Of a stretch of 64,000 nucleotides of DNA, positions 13,914 through 26,704 are shown in pieces. The notes under the pieces were generated by a model, which did not search any database, was not told where the DNA came from, and was given only the letters and a program-made list of their open reading frames with translations. This DNA is from Podarcis bocagei (taxonomy: Eukaryota). Both the position numbers and the translations under genes were made by a program. The stretch is taken from assembly GCA_964188305.1 (NCBI GenBank), contig OZ076894.1; one strand, 5' to 3'. Each line of letters begins with the position of its first letter. Position 1 is the stretch's first letter.

Positions 13914-14297
13914 TCCCCCCTGGCTTTCTCTCAGACACCTAACCAATGAAGATTTGTTGGTTATATATAAAGCCAATTATGAATGTCAGTGCCAGTCTAA
14001 TATATTTTTTTTAAACACAAAAGCTCATACCAATAACAAACTTAGTTGGTCTCTAAGGTGCTACTGGAAGGAATTTTTTTACATATTTTGTTTCGACCAC
14101 GGCAGACCAACACAGCTACCTACCTACCTACCTACCTACCTATATTTTTCTAAAGAAGTGCCAATTGGAGCAAACATGCCATTGAGCCACTAATTCATGT
14201 CTCCATCTATTCCATGCATTGCCTGAATCAGGTTGCTTTACACTGTTGCTTAGCAGGGCTGACTGTGACCCCACCCCCATCCCAGCCATCCCCTGTA

Positions 14298-15203
14298 CAG
14301 TGGTGCCTTCTTGCGAGTTTTTCGTCTTGCGATGCACAGTTTCCCATAGGAATGCATTGAAAATCAATTAATGCGTTCCTATGGAAACCGCCTTCAGACC
14401 AGGTCCGGGGACAGTCTGTCCCCCGACCTCTTCTGAAGGCTGGGGGGGGGGGGACAAGGGCTTTTCTTCCCACCGCCAGCCTTCAGAAGGCTGTTCTGAA
14501 GGCTGGCGGTGGGAAGAAAAGCCCTTCTCCCCACCTCTCGCCCCGCAAGCTCCGGGGACAGGAGCGCTTTGCTGCCAACCGCCAGCATTTTAAAAGCCCC
14601 CGCTGTCCCGGGGCGATTTTAAAATGCTGGGGGTCGGCAGCGAAGGCTTCGCTGCCGCCCGCCAGCATTTTAAGATCGCCCGGGACAGCGGAGAAGTCTC
14701 CGCTGTCCCGGGAAGGCAGGCGGGGGGAGCAAAGACTTTTGCCCCCCGCCGGCCTTCAGAAGAGGTCCAGTCTTCCCCCCCCTGCCTGCCTTCCAAAGCC
14801 GTCCGGGACAGCGGAGAAACGCGCTGCCTTTCTCCGCTCTCCCGGGAAGGCAGGCGGGGGGGAGCAAAGACTTTTGCCCCCCGCCCGCCTTCAAAAGCCG
14901 TCCGCGATAGCGGGAAGTGCTTCCCGCTATCCCGGACTGCTTTTAAAATGCTGGCGGTGGGGAGCAAAGCCTTTCGGCCCCCGCCGGCCTTCCTGGACCT
15001 CTTCTGAAGGCCGGAGGGGGGGAAAGGCTTTGCTCCCCACCACCAGCATTTAAAAGAGGTCCCCGGAGATTTCCCTATGGGCTTTCGTCTTGCGAAGCAA
15101 GCCCATAGGGAAATTCGTCTTGCGAAGCACCTCCAAAACAGAAAACCCTTTCGTCTTGCGGGTTTTCCGTCTTGCGAGGCATTCGTCTTGCGAGGTACCA
15201 CTG
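14298..15203. mobile_element. Non-autonomous Tc1/mariner (Tigger-like) element with GC-rich internally repeated interior; left TIR partly deleted
   Basis: TA-CAGTGGTGCCT...GAGGTACCACTG-TA with subterminal TCTTGCGA repeats; ends homologous to the 15731-16147 element, in inverted orientation. Confidence 0.88.
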
Positions 15204-15519
15204 TATTGCCACAGTGACTGGCCCCATGTCTAACTCTACTTTTTGCAGAAAGTTTGGTAATGGCACAGTCTTAAGGACAAAATGAAGGAAGCAAATGCAC
15301 CCTTAAATCATTTGGTAGCCCCCAATAGACCATTTAAAAAGCCCTTTACCCATCATTTGCAGTAGGCTGTTGTATCAGGTTTCATTCTCCTTTCTAGTTA
15401 CTGTAAGGATAAGATGGGAACTTGCACAGCCATACAAAATGGAGTGAAAATTAGGCAGTTAGCAGTATACTATTCTATCATGAAACTGTTTGAGTCTTTG
15501 AATTTTTAGCATGCAGGTA

Positions 15520-16252
15520 CAGGAGTCAGCAAACTTTTTCAGCAGGGGGCTGGTCCACTGTCCCTCAGACCTTGTGGGGGGCAGGACTATATTTTGAAAA
15601 AGAAAAAAAATGAACGAATCCCTATGCCCCACAAATAACCCAGAGATGCATTTTAAATAAAAGCACACATTCTACTTATTTAAAAACACCAGGCAGGCCC
15701 CACAAATAACCCAGAGATGCATTTTAAATACAGTGGTGCCCCGCAAGACGAATGCCTCGCAAGACGGAAAACCCGCTAGACGAAAGGGTTTTCCATTTTT
15801 GAGCTGCTTCGCAAGACAATTTTCCCTATGGGCTTGCTTTGCAAGATGAAAACGTCTTGCAAGTGTTCCAATTTTTCCCCGCTTTCCCCCCTTTTTCTAA
15901 GCCGCTAAGCCGCTAATAGCCTTTTAGCCGCTAATCCGCTAAGCCTTTAATAGCCGCTAATAGCCTTTTAGCCGCTAATCCGCTAAGCCTTTAATAGCCG
16001 CTAAGCCTTTAATAGCCGCTAAGCCTTTAATAGCCGCTAAACCGCTAATAGCGCTAAGCCGCTAATAGGGTTGCTTCGCAAGATGAAAAAACCGCTAGAC
16101 GAATGGGCTCGCGGAACGGATTAATTTCGTCTTGCGAGGCACCACTGTAAAAGGACACATTCTACTCATGTAAAATCACGCTGATTCCCAGACTGTACAC
16201 GGGCCGGATAAAGAAGGTGTTTGGCCCCCGGGCCTTTGTTTGTTTACCCATG
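15520..16252. mobile_element. Non-autonomous hAT (same family as 32155-32478) interrupted by a Tc1/mariner element
   Basis: Colinear with the uninterrupted copy at 32155 on both sides of the insertion, including the duplicated ccccacaaataacccagagatgcattttaaata unit. Confidence 0.85.
15731..16147. mobile_element. Tc1/mariner non-autonomous element with internal AGCCGCTA/AGCCTTTAAT minisatellite (about 15898-16066)
   Basis: TIR CAGTGGTGCCYCGCAAGACGAA. TA duplication confirmed by the empty site aaaTAaaagg in the 32155 copy of the host element. Confidence 0.92.
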
Positions 16253-17204
16253 ATGTAGGAGATCCTTTGGTGCCTCAATATGCAGCTTTAAGTGCTAGGT
16301 GAAAGTGTTCCTCTTCAACCAAGCCTTTGGCTAACATCCTATATCATTTTAAATGTTTCATGGGAGAGGGTGGAAGGGGTTATTATTGTTTCATTTTCTT
16401 CTTCTTTTTATTAGGTCTTTTGTGTTTTTATCTTGTATTGTTATGCTGTGAACCCCCCTGAGAAATGCAGATGAAGGGTGGTATACAACTTTTAACAACA
16501 ACTACGACAACAACAATAATAATACTGAGAAGTTCCCCTCTGCATGTCCCACTGAAATGAAAGGGAATTGTGAAAGCCTGTGTTCCTGCTGCACTGTTCC
16601 TGTTAATTTTGATGTGCTATATTTTCCAGTAGACTGTGTCCAATAACCAGCGCAAGCCCAATATATTTTGTCACCTTAAGCAAAATACAAGATGCCACCA
16701 CCCTTTATTCCATGTTCAAAAGCTGGCCAGACTGGGCAGTTTGGGGCAGAATCTGCCATTGTACCTTAAGGGCAGCAGGTTAGCAGTGATATCCACTTTC
16801 TACCCTCAGCATTTGCCCCCTGAGGTGGATGCCTCATTCTGCCTCATGGTGGTAAATGGCCATTGTTCTTCTTACTCAGCCACCATTGTTCTACAAACTT
16901 GCTGGAGGGCTGTACCTTATCAAGTGTTCTCTTTTCTTAATAGAAGAAAACTTAGCCCAGCTTTCTCTCCCGTGGACGCAAAGATGTCTTTAGATATTTG
17001 TTTAATCATATCATAGTATTAAAAGGGCACGCTGAGGACACACTGCACTACATTTAGCACACAACTTTTTCAGTGACTGAAAAGTGTTCTTTAGTGTAGT
17101 GTCATAGAGACATTTACCGGATAGCTAATTGAAGGAACGAAACGTTATTTGACGGTTGTGGAGTGTGGATCTAGATTTATAAACTTTTGCCACATATTGT
17201 GGGA

Positions 17205-17470
17205 ATGGGAGCATAGCTCAATCAGAGATCCATGCTTTGCACATGAAGGGTCTCAAGTTCAATTCCTGGCACCCTCAGTTAAAAAGGGAGCTCAGGTTGC
17301 AGGGCAGGGAAAGACTTCTGCAAAGGACAACTGCTGGGTGTCACCATAGTAGATCATGGATCGGAATATAGGAATCTGTGTTATACCAAGTCAGACCATT
17401 GGTCTATCTAGCCCATTATTGTCTAAATTGACTGACAGTAGCTCTCCAGGGTTCCAGACAGGAAACTTTC
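17205..17470. mobile_element. Old tRNA-derived SINE fragments (head on +, tail-like fragment on -); related pieces near 29840-29985, 36665-36830 and 57330-57430
   Basis: A-box/B-box-like tagctca...gttcaattcctgg and a recurrent cagaccattggtc(c/t)atctag motif. Confidence 0.5.
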
Positions 17471-19946
17471 ATTGAATACCACCTTTAACCGTTCAGCTGA
17501 AAAAAATTATTACATAAAAAGGATTGAAGTTGGAACATAAACTGACCCTGAATGTGCAACTGAACCATTGGCCTTACAACTTCATATTGCTATGCTCATT
17601 TTAGCTGCTCATTTAACATAATTGGCTACAATACATGGGATAGAGACTCTGTACATCAACCACAGGTGAGAAACACTGCAAAAGAGTGGGAGTTTGACTT
17701 CTGGAAGAGTTAGATAACAGGAAGAGGAGGGCAGAGGAGTAAACATAGTAGTCCTGTGCCTTCCAAGGAACACTGACATGATTTGCCTTGGCTATTCATA
17801 GTGAAATAACTGGTTGAGAAACTGGGATGCTTCCTGGAAAATAACTGAACCCAGAGGTCGCTGCTCCTAATAGGAGCAATTCAGAACTCTCAACTTTTGA
17901 ACAGCGTTCAAAACTCCCATTGCTCTAGGTGCATTTTGTGACAGGGAGTTTCATCAGTGTGAGCAGTTTCTGAGCTCTGGGTGCAGTACTGCACCTAAGA
18001 TTTCAGATTAAAACTGCCACTGCTGGAAGAAAAGGAGGACCTTTTCTGCCTCCCCACTTCCAGCCACTCTCTGATGACTGGAGAAGGGACCCTCAAAAGA
18101 ATATTAGGGAGGAAGGCAGGGGAAGTATGGATTTGTTTTTTGCAGTCTTCAGATGAGGACTAGACCATGTGAAAAATGAACATAAGATTTTAGCTGTAGT
18201 TCATTCATTTTCAGCTTTCTATTCTTGTTATTAAAAAAAGCACCGTGCCTAGACACTCCGTTGGGGTGCCCATAACCTAGGTTTAAGGTGCCATTTAGCT
18301 CCTAGCTTTCATATCTCAGTTTCTAACACTGCTTTTGAACAATATTTTCATTTAAATATTATTTTGTCAACACGTGATGCATATGCTTCTTGAGCAAGAA
18401 GAGTGTGCTAATCAGTTTGCTAATCATTGCTATGAATCTTTTCTTTCCTGGGAGTTTATGCTTGTAAAATTTGAAGCTGTTGCATGTACTTCAAACCAAG
18501 ATATAAGCTAGAAACGTGGAAAACAATTAATTATGTTCCTCCTCAATGAAGCCCTTCGATTAAAGCTGGCCAGGGTTTAACTAAACCTCCATGAGAGCCT
18601 GTCTGTCTGTCTGTCTTTCTTTCACATGGAGGGGTCCATGCTGCGTGTGAGATGCACTGATTTAGGACTCATGAAAATGTGCTATAATTTTGTGACAGTG
18701 CCTTTCAACAATCTTTACAGCACTCTTCTAGTTATTGCTGTTAAATAAATTATAAATCACAGCCCTAGCTAGTATGCTTCAGTTGCAACTAAGATTTGGC
18801 CAATTTCTGTTCTGCTGTTGTGTTGGTCTTAAAACACTGTGATTTTGTTTGGTAATTGCACACATAGAGGAAGATGCCATCATTGGAGGCACAGCAATGA
18901 TTAAGGGCAGAGCAGCAGGTGGCTGTACTATGGATACAGAATGGAGGATGCCATCTGTTTGTAAAAAAAACCAAATGTGTGACTGTGGAACTCCTTTGCA
19001 GAAAACCAAGCCCAGTTCAAAACAAAGGGTGGTAGGGAGAGAAATTACAAATATAAATAATTTTACTGTGGAATCGGGCAGAGGAATATGGGTGGAGGAT
19101 AGCTTACATATTATAGAGTGGCATATATAGAAGTCACTACCCTTAATTTCTTGATGTGCATTAACCTAAAGACTAATTTTTTGCACTGCGAGATGTCAGA
19201 AATATATAATCCCATCACTAGCAGAAATAAGCTACTGCAGTCAGCAATGTGGGCTTTCTGATATTTTGCCCTAAATTTATTGGGAATTGAATTAACATAT
19301 TTTAGTAAGCAAAACTAAAAATAGAATGTCATGTTGATTTTATGTTTTGCATAAACACAGGGTTTTTCCTGCAGTTGGATTTTCCCTCTCCCACCCCTGC
19401 AGCCAGGGCTTAGCATACTATAGTATGTTACTACAGTAAACATAACTTTTTGATGGACTGGGAAACAAACAAAAATAAATAGATCTTCTTATTGTGGTGG
19501 TCTGGAACGGAACCTACAATATCTCCAATGTATGCCTGCAAAAAATCATCAGACTACCATCTTACTACCATTTCTACCATCCTACAATTATTATTGCATG
19601 AAATAACAGGGTCATACTTCAAGGAAAGCTTCATTAAACAAAAATGTATTTAGTAGCCACATAAATATTGAAACACTAGGTACTTGTCTAATTTCAAGTG
19701 GTAACTGATTCCAGAGGGCTGCAGTTGCAACACTAAAACCCTGGATTCTAGTGCATACTAAGAGCACTTCTTGGACCTGTGGTTTTCTTAGTTGTGCCCC
19801 ACCTGAGGATCACAGTTGCTAGGCAGGGATATTTGGGCAAGGTCATTCCTTTGGTTTCTTCTTACCTTGGCCAAAGCATCCTAGGTATAATCATTTGAGG
19901 CACAATCCTGAAGTAACCTTTTTAAAAAAGCAACCTTTAAGCATAA

Positions 19947-20199
19947 ACCAGTGTGGTGTAGTGGTTAAGAGCGGTAGTCACGTAATCTGGGAAAACGGGT
20001 TTGTGTCTCCGCTCCTCCACATGCAGCTGCTGGGTGACCTTGGGCCAGCCACACTTCTGTGAAGTCTCTCAGCCCCACTCACCTCACAGAGTGTTTGTTG
20101 TGGGGGAGGAAGGGAAAGGAGAATGTTAGCCGCTTTGAGACTCCTGAAGGGGAGTGAAAGGCGGGATATCAAATCCAAACTCTTCTTCTTCTTCTTCTT
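19947..20199 (+). mobile_element. Young Squam3-like tRNA-derived SINE with (CTT)n tail
   Basis: tRNA head ccagtgtggtgtagtggttaagagc, body gggtgaccttgggc..., tail tcttcttctt; near-identical to the inverted copy at 44149-44403. Confidence 0.88.
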
Positions 20200-20948
20200 G
20201 TCTGTCCTTTAAAATGTACATATTTCCTAAACCTTAACGATACTTGGAAAACACTGGGTTTTTTTTTGTTTTTATCAGCTAAAGATGAACTCAGCTTTGC
20301 TTACATGCACCCAGTTAATAGCACCTCTCTATCTCTGGTTCAGTTGCTATAGAAACCATGTCCTGCTAGCATCCCAATCTTACACTGTTCTAAATTCAGA
20401 CCACAGCGTTAGACAATAATATTAATTGTGTACCTTATACTTTGCTCTAATCTTCCTCATTTTAAAAATAATTCTGGTATACATTATGAGAGGGATTATA
20501 TATGAAATTCTCACAGGTGCAATGCCTGCACTGTGGTATACAAAGAACCCATGTGATTTGTAGAAATACAGAGCTCCCTAAAAGACATAGGTACAAAATG
20601 GAATTGCCCACTGCTGCTTGTAAAAAGCATAATAGCAAGCAAAAAGTGTCTTCCCTGGGGCTTAGGGCTACAGCTTCCTGTTGCTGGTAGTTACACACAA
20701 ATACAATCTAGTGTAATATAAATGAAGTTAAATATATGGCCAGGTCAGGAGAAAATGCTTGATCTTCATCGTTCATTTTGACTTAATGGCTACTTGATGA
20801 AGGGAGGGCCAGCAGTTTTAAAGGAATGCTACCCATTAATAATTTTAAAAGGAGATTGCTCATATTTCAAGGATCTGCCCACCGTAAGTGGAAATCATTC
20901 ACACACACCACCACCACAGAATTTGTCCATGCATTTTGTTAAGGCAAT

Positions 20949-21301
20949 GGGACCCGGGTGGCGCTGTGGTCTAAACAACTGAGCCTAGGGCTTGCCAATC
21001 AGAAGGTCGGTGGTTCGAATCCCTGCGACGGGGTGAGGTCCCAGCTCCTGCCAACCTAGCAGTTCAAAAGCACGTCAGAGTGCAAGTAGATAAATAGGTA
21101 CTGCTCCAGCCGGAAGGTAAACTGCATTTCCGTGTGCTGCTCTGGTTTTGCCAGAAGCGGCTTAGTCATGCTGGCCACATGACCCTGAAAAACTGTCTGC
21201 AGACAAACGTTGGCTCTCTCGGCCAGTAAAGCGAGATGAGCACTGCAACCCCAGAGTCGTTCGCAACTGGACTTAACTGTCAAGGGTCCTTTACCTTTAC
21301 C
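20949..21301 (+). mobile_element. Sauria SINE (BovB-mobilised), full length
   Basis: Head gggacccgggtggcgctgtggtctaaa, B-box ggttcgaatcc, (ACCTTT)n tail; 12-bp TSD tttgttaaggca (20935-20946, 21302-21313). Confidence 0.92.
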
Positions 21302-21758
21302 TTTGTTAAGGCAGAAATTTGTCTTGTCTTTGGTTTCAGAAATGTGTGTTTCTTCAGGTGGGGGCATGGATTACAAAGAGCTGTAGCAAGTATACTTTAA
21401 AGATATTATAAAGGAAAGTGTGTGTTTTTTTAATCCAATTGGCAGCACATGCTAATATTTTTGTTTTGATCATATTCGTTCTGAAAATTCTAGAATTGCT
21501 AGGTAGGATAACACAATTGGGCAGTACTTAATACTGTGGTAGCACAGTACTTACTAAGTCAGCTAATTAAAATGATGTGATTAGATACCCATGATTATAT
21601 TGTGATCATATAACATAATATTATGCACCTTCCTTGTCCCCCTGAACCGTCTATAATTTGCCTGGTCAAAAGGCGGCAGCTGTAACCCAATGACCCACCC
21701 AACCTGCACTGCAAATTGTTTTGAAGCTCTTCTAAGAACCACTTTAAACACCAGGCAG

Positions 21759-21908
21759 CAGAATCATGGAATTGCTGAGTTGAAAGGTACACTGAGAATC
21801 ATCTAATCCAAGACCTTGCAATGCAGAAATATGCAGTTGTCCAATACAGGGACTGAACCTGCAACCTTGGCGTTATCAGCACCACACTTTAACCAACTGA
21901 GCTATCCA
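21759..21908 (-). mobile_element. tRNA-Ile-derived SINE with CR1-type 3' tail (Squam2-like, name tentative)
   Basis: Minus strand reads tagctcagttggttaaagtgtggtgctgataacgccaaggttgcaggttc followed by a CR1-like ...ttccatgattctg tail. Confidence 0.75.
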
Positions 21909-24900
21909 GTGTGGGGGGATTCTGCACATAATACATGAAGTGGGGCTTGTGAATCTTATTCATGGTAAGATCTGTGAACATCAGGTAAATGTTTTGAGTT
22001 CATGAGCCCTACTCACAAGTAAAATATGTGAGCTGCTTTTCAGATACTGCAACAGAAGAAGTAGAAGCAAATGTTTATATAGGGATGTTTAGACCAACCT
22101 ATTTCCAGTTTCTGTCAATTTCACATTTCACATTCATAATTTTGATGTTTGCTTCCCTGGGCTCCTTTGTGAAGAAGGGCAGGATACAAAGTTAATAAAT
22201 AAAAATGAATAAAATTGTTCTCTCCCATTTCCACTTTTGTTTGCATTTAATAAAAAAATCTGCACAAAAGTTCACATTTAAATAGTATTTCATTAAAACA
22301 AAATGGTATTTATAGACAACTTTATCTCTATTTACACATTTTTTTCCCTTTTAAAATGCATTTAGCTTTTGGTCTTCTCCATGTACACTGCCAAAATCTG
22401 CTCCAGGGAATCCTCCATCTCTCTGGAGCATTATTTTAGTTGGGGCTGTGTGAGAGGTGGAGGAAGTCACAGAAGCTGAATTTCACAAGCACCCCTGCAA
22501 AGCCCTTTTAAAAATGCTTTCCTTTAGAAAAGGGGATTATTCAACATAGAGGCAAAGGTAAGATTTCTTTGTGATTTGTTCCTGTAGAGATTAGCACTAT
22601 TCATGGCATGAAAAGATTGTAGGACTCCTTGGAAGTAAATAACCAAGCAAGGGAACTATGAGATCTTTATCTCCCCACCCCATGAACGAACAGCTACCCA
22701 CCTGTCATTCATCTGACATCATCTGACATTCCCTGTGGGGAACACTTTGGCAAACAGTACCCAGAAGGATTGAATTTTCCACTCACCAGCTGGTGAGGAG
22801 AGGATTCAGTCCTCCTCTTTGCAGTGGTTTGCTTCAGCAGTGCATTGCCTGCAGTGAGTTCCCTAGTTGACATCATCCGGTGACATCAGTTGATTGACAA
22901 ATGGGTGTGGGTTGGGGAAAACGGCATCACAGGCCAAGATTGGCCCATGGGCCGGAGGTTCCCCATCCCTGAGAGCAAGGGAACTTGCTGTCTTGTTTCT
23001 AGACTAGTTATCATGGAAATGGTAAATCTTGGTGACGTAGTTGAATATTCATCCACAAATTGTTCCCAGGGAGAAGGGTTTTAGCATATGCATCCCCCTG
23101 CAATGGCAGTTATCTCTGAAATAATCTTTTTTCATGATGAAACAGTACATCATGTAAGGCTGTAAACAGGTTTACAGCCTCAATGAGAAATACTCCTATG
23201 CCTTCATAATTTGATTGTGACATACTTCATGAGTTTGTCACTGAAGGATTGTTGACAGATGCAGAACGTGACATGGCATCTATGTACTGAAGGCAATGAT
23301 TATAACTGGTAGGTGGTACCTTGTCAGAGATGTTTTAGATAATGGATATCCTGTTTGAGGGTAGGAGACTAGCTCAGCCACTGAAACTTTTCTATCTATT
23401 GTTTAATGAGCATTCAGGTAATTTGTCTAAACTGGCTTCTTATCGCTTTTGATATGTAATTTCCTATGAAATTTCTTATCACTTATTAGGCACATATATT
23501 TGAGACAGAGCAACTTTTTGATGGGGCAAATTCCCATAGGTCTTTAATGACAGTTATCTTGCAGTAATGCTTGTCAAGATGTCTTATTTTGCAGGACTGA
23601 AGGTCACCAAAGAATTAGATGTGGTGTTAAAGTTTTTTCTAGCAATATTTATAGTTTTATACTTAAAAACTAAGTTTTTAGTTTTGTCTTAAATGCACCT
23701 GTAGTTTTGTGTTTATAACTGTTTTTAATTAATGTATGCATAAATCACAGTGAGTTGATTGTTTAGAAGGTGGTTAATAAATCGTAACAACAACAACAAA
23801 ACAATCACAATACCCCCTGAAAAAGCAATACTAATACGAATACTAATAATAAATTCTCACACACTTATGTGGTGCCTACTAAAGTTGAGGGTTGGTTATC
23901 TACCTTGTGGGGATGTAATTCAATTAAACCAGTGGAAGATTTGGAGAAGGGATTCCACTGCTGCAGGGAACATTTTTTTTTAAAGTCTAAAAATAACTCT
24001 CTAGGGACTCCACAGAAATACCAACTGATGAATTATGTTTTACAAATCTAATTCTTTTCATTCAAGAGAAGATTAGCAGTTGCCTTTATGTAGAGCTGCC
24101 TCTATATGCAGTCCAAAGCCCTTTGTGAAGGGGATTATATAAGGGTGGGTTCATTTCCAGTTTTGGCAACTAAAAGTCATTCAGAAAATAAGCTCAGACA
24201 GTAGAGCTTGTTGTTAGAAGAGTACAGCTCCCTCTCTGTGAATGTTCATTATTTATGGGCGAGAGCACATCCATTTTGTATTAGTGTTAGCTTTGTTTTA
24301 TTATGTTTTTACATTTTTTAAGCACTGTGGATTATATACAGTTTTTATATGTACACAGAAGGTTAATGATCAGAAAAATATATTGTGAAACAATTTTAAT
24401 CTGTTTTATTAAATGGTGCAGGTTATGAATATTACAGGTTTGACAACATTTAAGAATGATTAAAGCCTAATTCAAACCACCATTGGGTCAGTGGCAAGAA
24501 CCTTTGAAAAGCCTTTCCATGTTGGTTTACAGATTATAGTGAATTGGCTGTGTGCATCAATTGCTGCATGCTGGATCCAGCTTTTTGCATGCCATCATCA
24601 TTTCTCAAAAAGTGATTTTTGAAATAATCTATGAGCAGCCAGCATTTCCTCACAGCTCCCATGCGCACAGATGGTCATGTGAATCAGCCTTACGTAATGA
24701 TTATGGGGTGGTAAGAATGTGGGTTGAATTCTGCTTGTGTGTGATTTATTTGGCATGAACACAACTGGCAGCCCAGTCTACCTTTATGGTGCCCTAGCAA
24801 CACATCTGGAAGGAAGTTGTGCGGCAGGACTTTAAATGTGTGTCTGGGTGGCACTGCTGGTTCTAAGCTACCTCTGCCTTTCATCAGAACAAGACAAGAG

Positions 24901-26217
24901 GACTAATCCAGCCCATGCACTTCCATGTTAGAAAGGCAATGTGTGAACTAAGTCTGAACAAATGTTGGTGGCTTGTGACTCAGTGGCCCAGTTCATATGA
25001 GGATTCATAAACCATGTTTATGAAGTGAGGAATAAGCTTTGGGGACAAGCACTTCTCCCTTGCCTTTCCTCTTCTCTGCTCCCACTGTATGTCGGGTTGG
25101 CACATAGATCCTGGCTTGTGTGAAGCCAGATTTGGCTGTTACAGTGGAATTTGAGAGCTCTAGCTTAAAGTCTGGTAACAAACCAGGCAATGGGATAGGA
25201 AGGATGAGGACCACCTGGCCCCGGTCCTTGTTTATGACTTCATTGTTTTTGAATGGTTTCCCAAACTAGGCTCATTTGGATATGTTCTGAAGATTCAGTC
25301 AAATGTTTCTTGTTGCATTTTATTAGGTAATGCTTCCCACAGCAATAAAGCAGATGTGCAAACACTTGCCTGCACCAAAGAAATTAAGCACATTGCAATT
25401 TGCTTTGCCAGCAAAGCATATGTATGATGTGTCTTCTTTTGATGTCTTGTCGAACGGCTGAGAATTTGGACTCCTCAGAAAAGGGAGGTATTTCAAGTGT
25501 AGCCAAGGTGACAGCCTCCAGATTTCGTAGAGACTGCAGTCGACACTGTCCCTCACCACTAGCCATGCTGGCTGGGTCTGATGAAAGTTATGGTTCAGCA
25601 ACTTCTGGAAAGCACATGTTAGTTACCCCCACATTGAAACAATATTTAATACAACTTTTTGATTCCTTTATTGATGCTTCAACATTCAGCAACAATTGAA
25701 ACGGAGCTTCCGCAGCAGTAGTATTTCTACAATTAGAATACTGCATTTTAGAATGGTCAGCATTTTAAAATTGTATATTTGGTGCTCATACCTAAATGTG
25801 GTATTCATATTTTCCTCCATATACTGCTGTTAACGTGCAGCACAGTAACCAGTATTAATTTTTATTCTCCTTTTTGAGTGCAAGAGATAACACAAGTTGC
25901 CTTAAAACGAGGGAGATGAAAATAAATGCAGAATGGAGAAAGAGATGTTATATTTCATTATGATCTGGAAAACTAAAGATACATGCTGTCTACCATGCTG
26001 AGCCACATGCTGAGAGCAGCAGTGATCTGTTTTTCAAGACATGCTAATCTCTATCCTGGGAAGCCTTTGGCCAGAATATGATCCTTAACCTTTACCGCTT
26101 GTAGTTTGTCATTATGATAGTCCAAGTTCCTTGATCTGGAATATGTATCTACACATCTTATAGTAAAACATTGAATAAAGCCCTTGAACTCAGTTGTGCA
26201 TGAGGAGGTGTCTAGCT

Positions 26218-26704
26218 CAGTGTTTCCCAACCTTTTTTGGGCAAAGGCACACTTGTTTGATGAAAAAAATCTTGAGGCACACCACCATTACAGCCCCGTG
26301 ACGTCAGCGCGCAGCGTCACGCCGGGAGGGACGCACGAAAGTGTAAGTTTCAATTGTTTTCCCTCCCCCTTGCCGGGGAACCTCCAAGCTTTGGGGGTGG
26401 GGGGGGGAGGAGGCAGCAAAGCGAGGCAGGAAGGAGAGCGCGGCTTGGCTGGGTGAGCTTTGGCAGGGGCAGGGAATGAGAGCCGCGAGGCGGGCACTGC
26501 GGACGGAGGCGCTGCCCACCGAGCTCGCAGGCAGCCAGGCAGCCAGACGGCGAGAGCCCCGTGCTGGGCAGCCTCTCCTCGCCGCCGCCGCCCCGCCTCT
26601 CGCCGCCCGACTCGCCCGCCTCCCTCCAGGCAACATCTCGCGGCACACCAGGCAACATCTCGCGGCACACTAGTGTGCCGCGGAACAGTGGTTGGGAAAC
26701 ACTG
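26218..26704. mobile_element. Young non-autonomous hAT, 487 bp, with unique GC-rich interior 26427-26575
   Basis: TIR CAGTGTTTCCCAACC; perfect TSD gtctagct; ends shared with 36861-37600; CpGs retained. Confidence 0.95.

Noticed and set aside
15898-16066. CRISPR-like array
   Set aside because: Eukaryotic context, no unique spacers; it is a minisatellite within a MITE.
21840-21908. tRNA-Ile-like gene (also at 51800-51864 and other tRNA-like heads)
   Set aside because: Degenerate cloverleaf fused to LINE-derived tails, so these are SINE heads, not tRNA genes.
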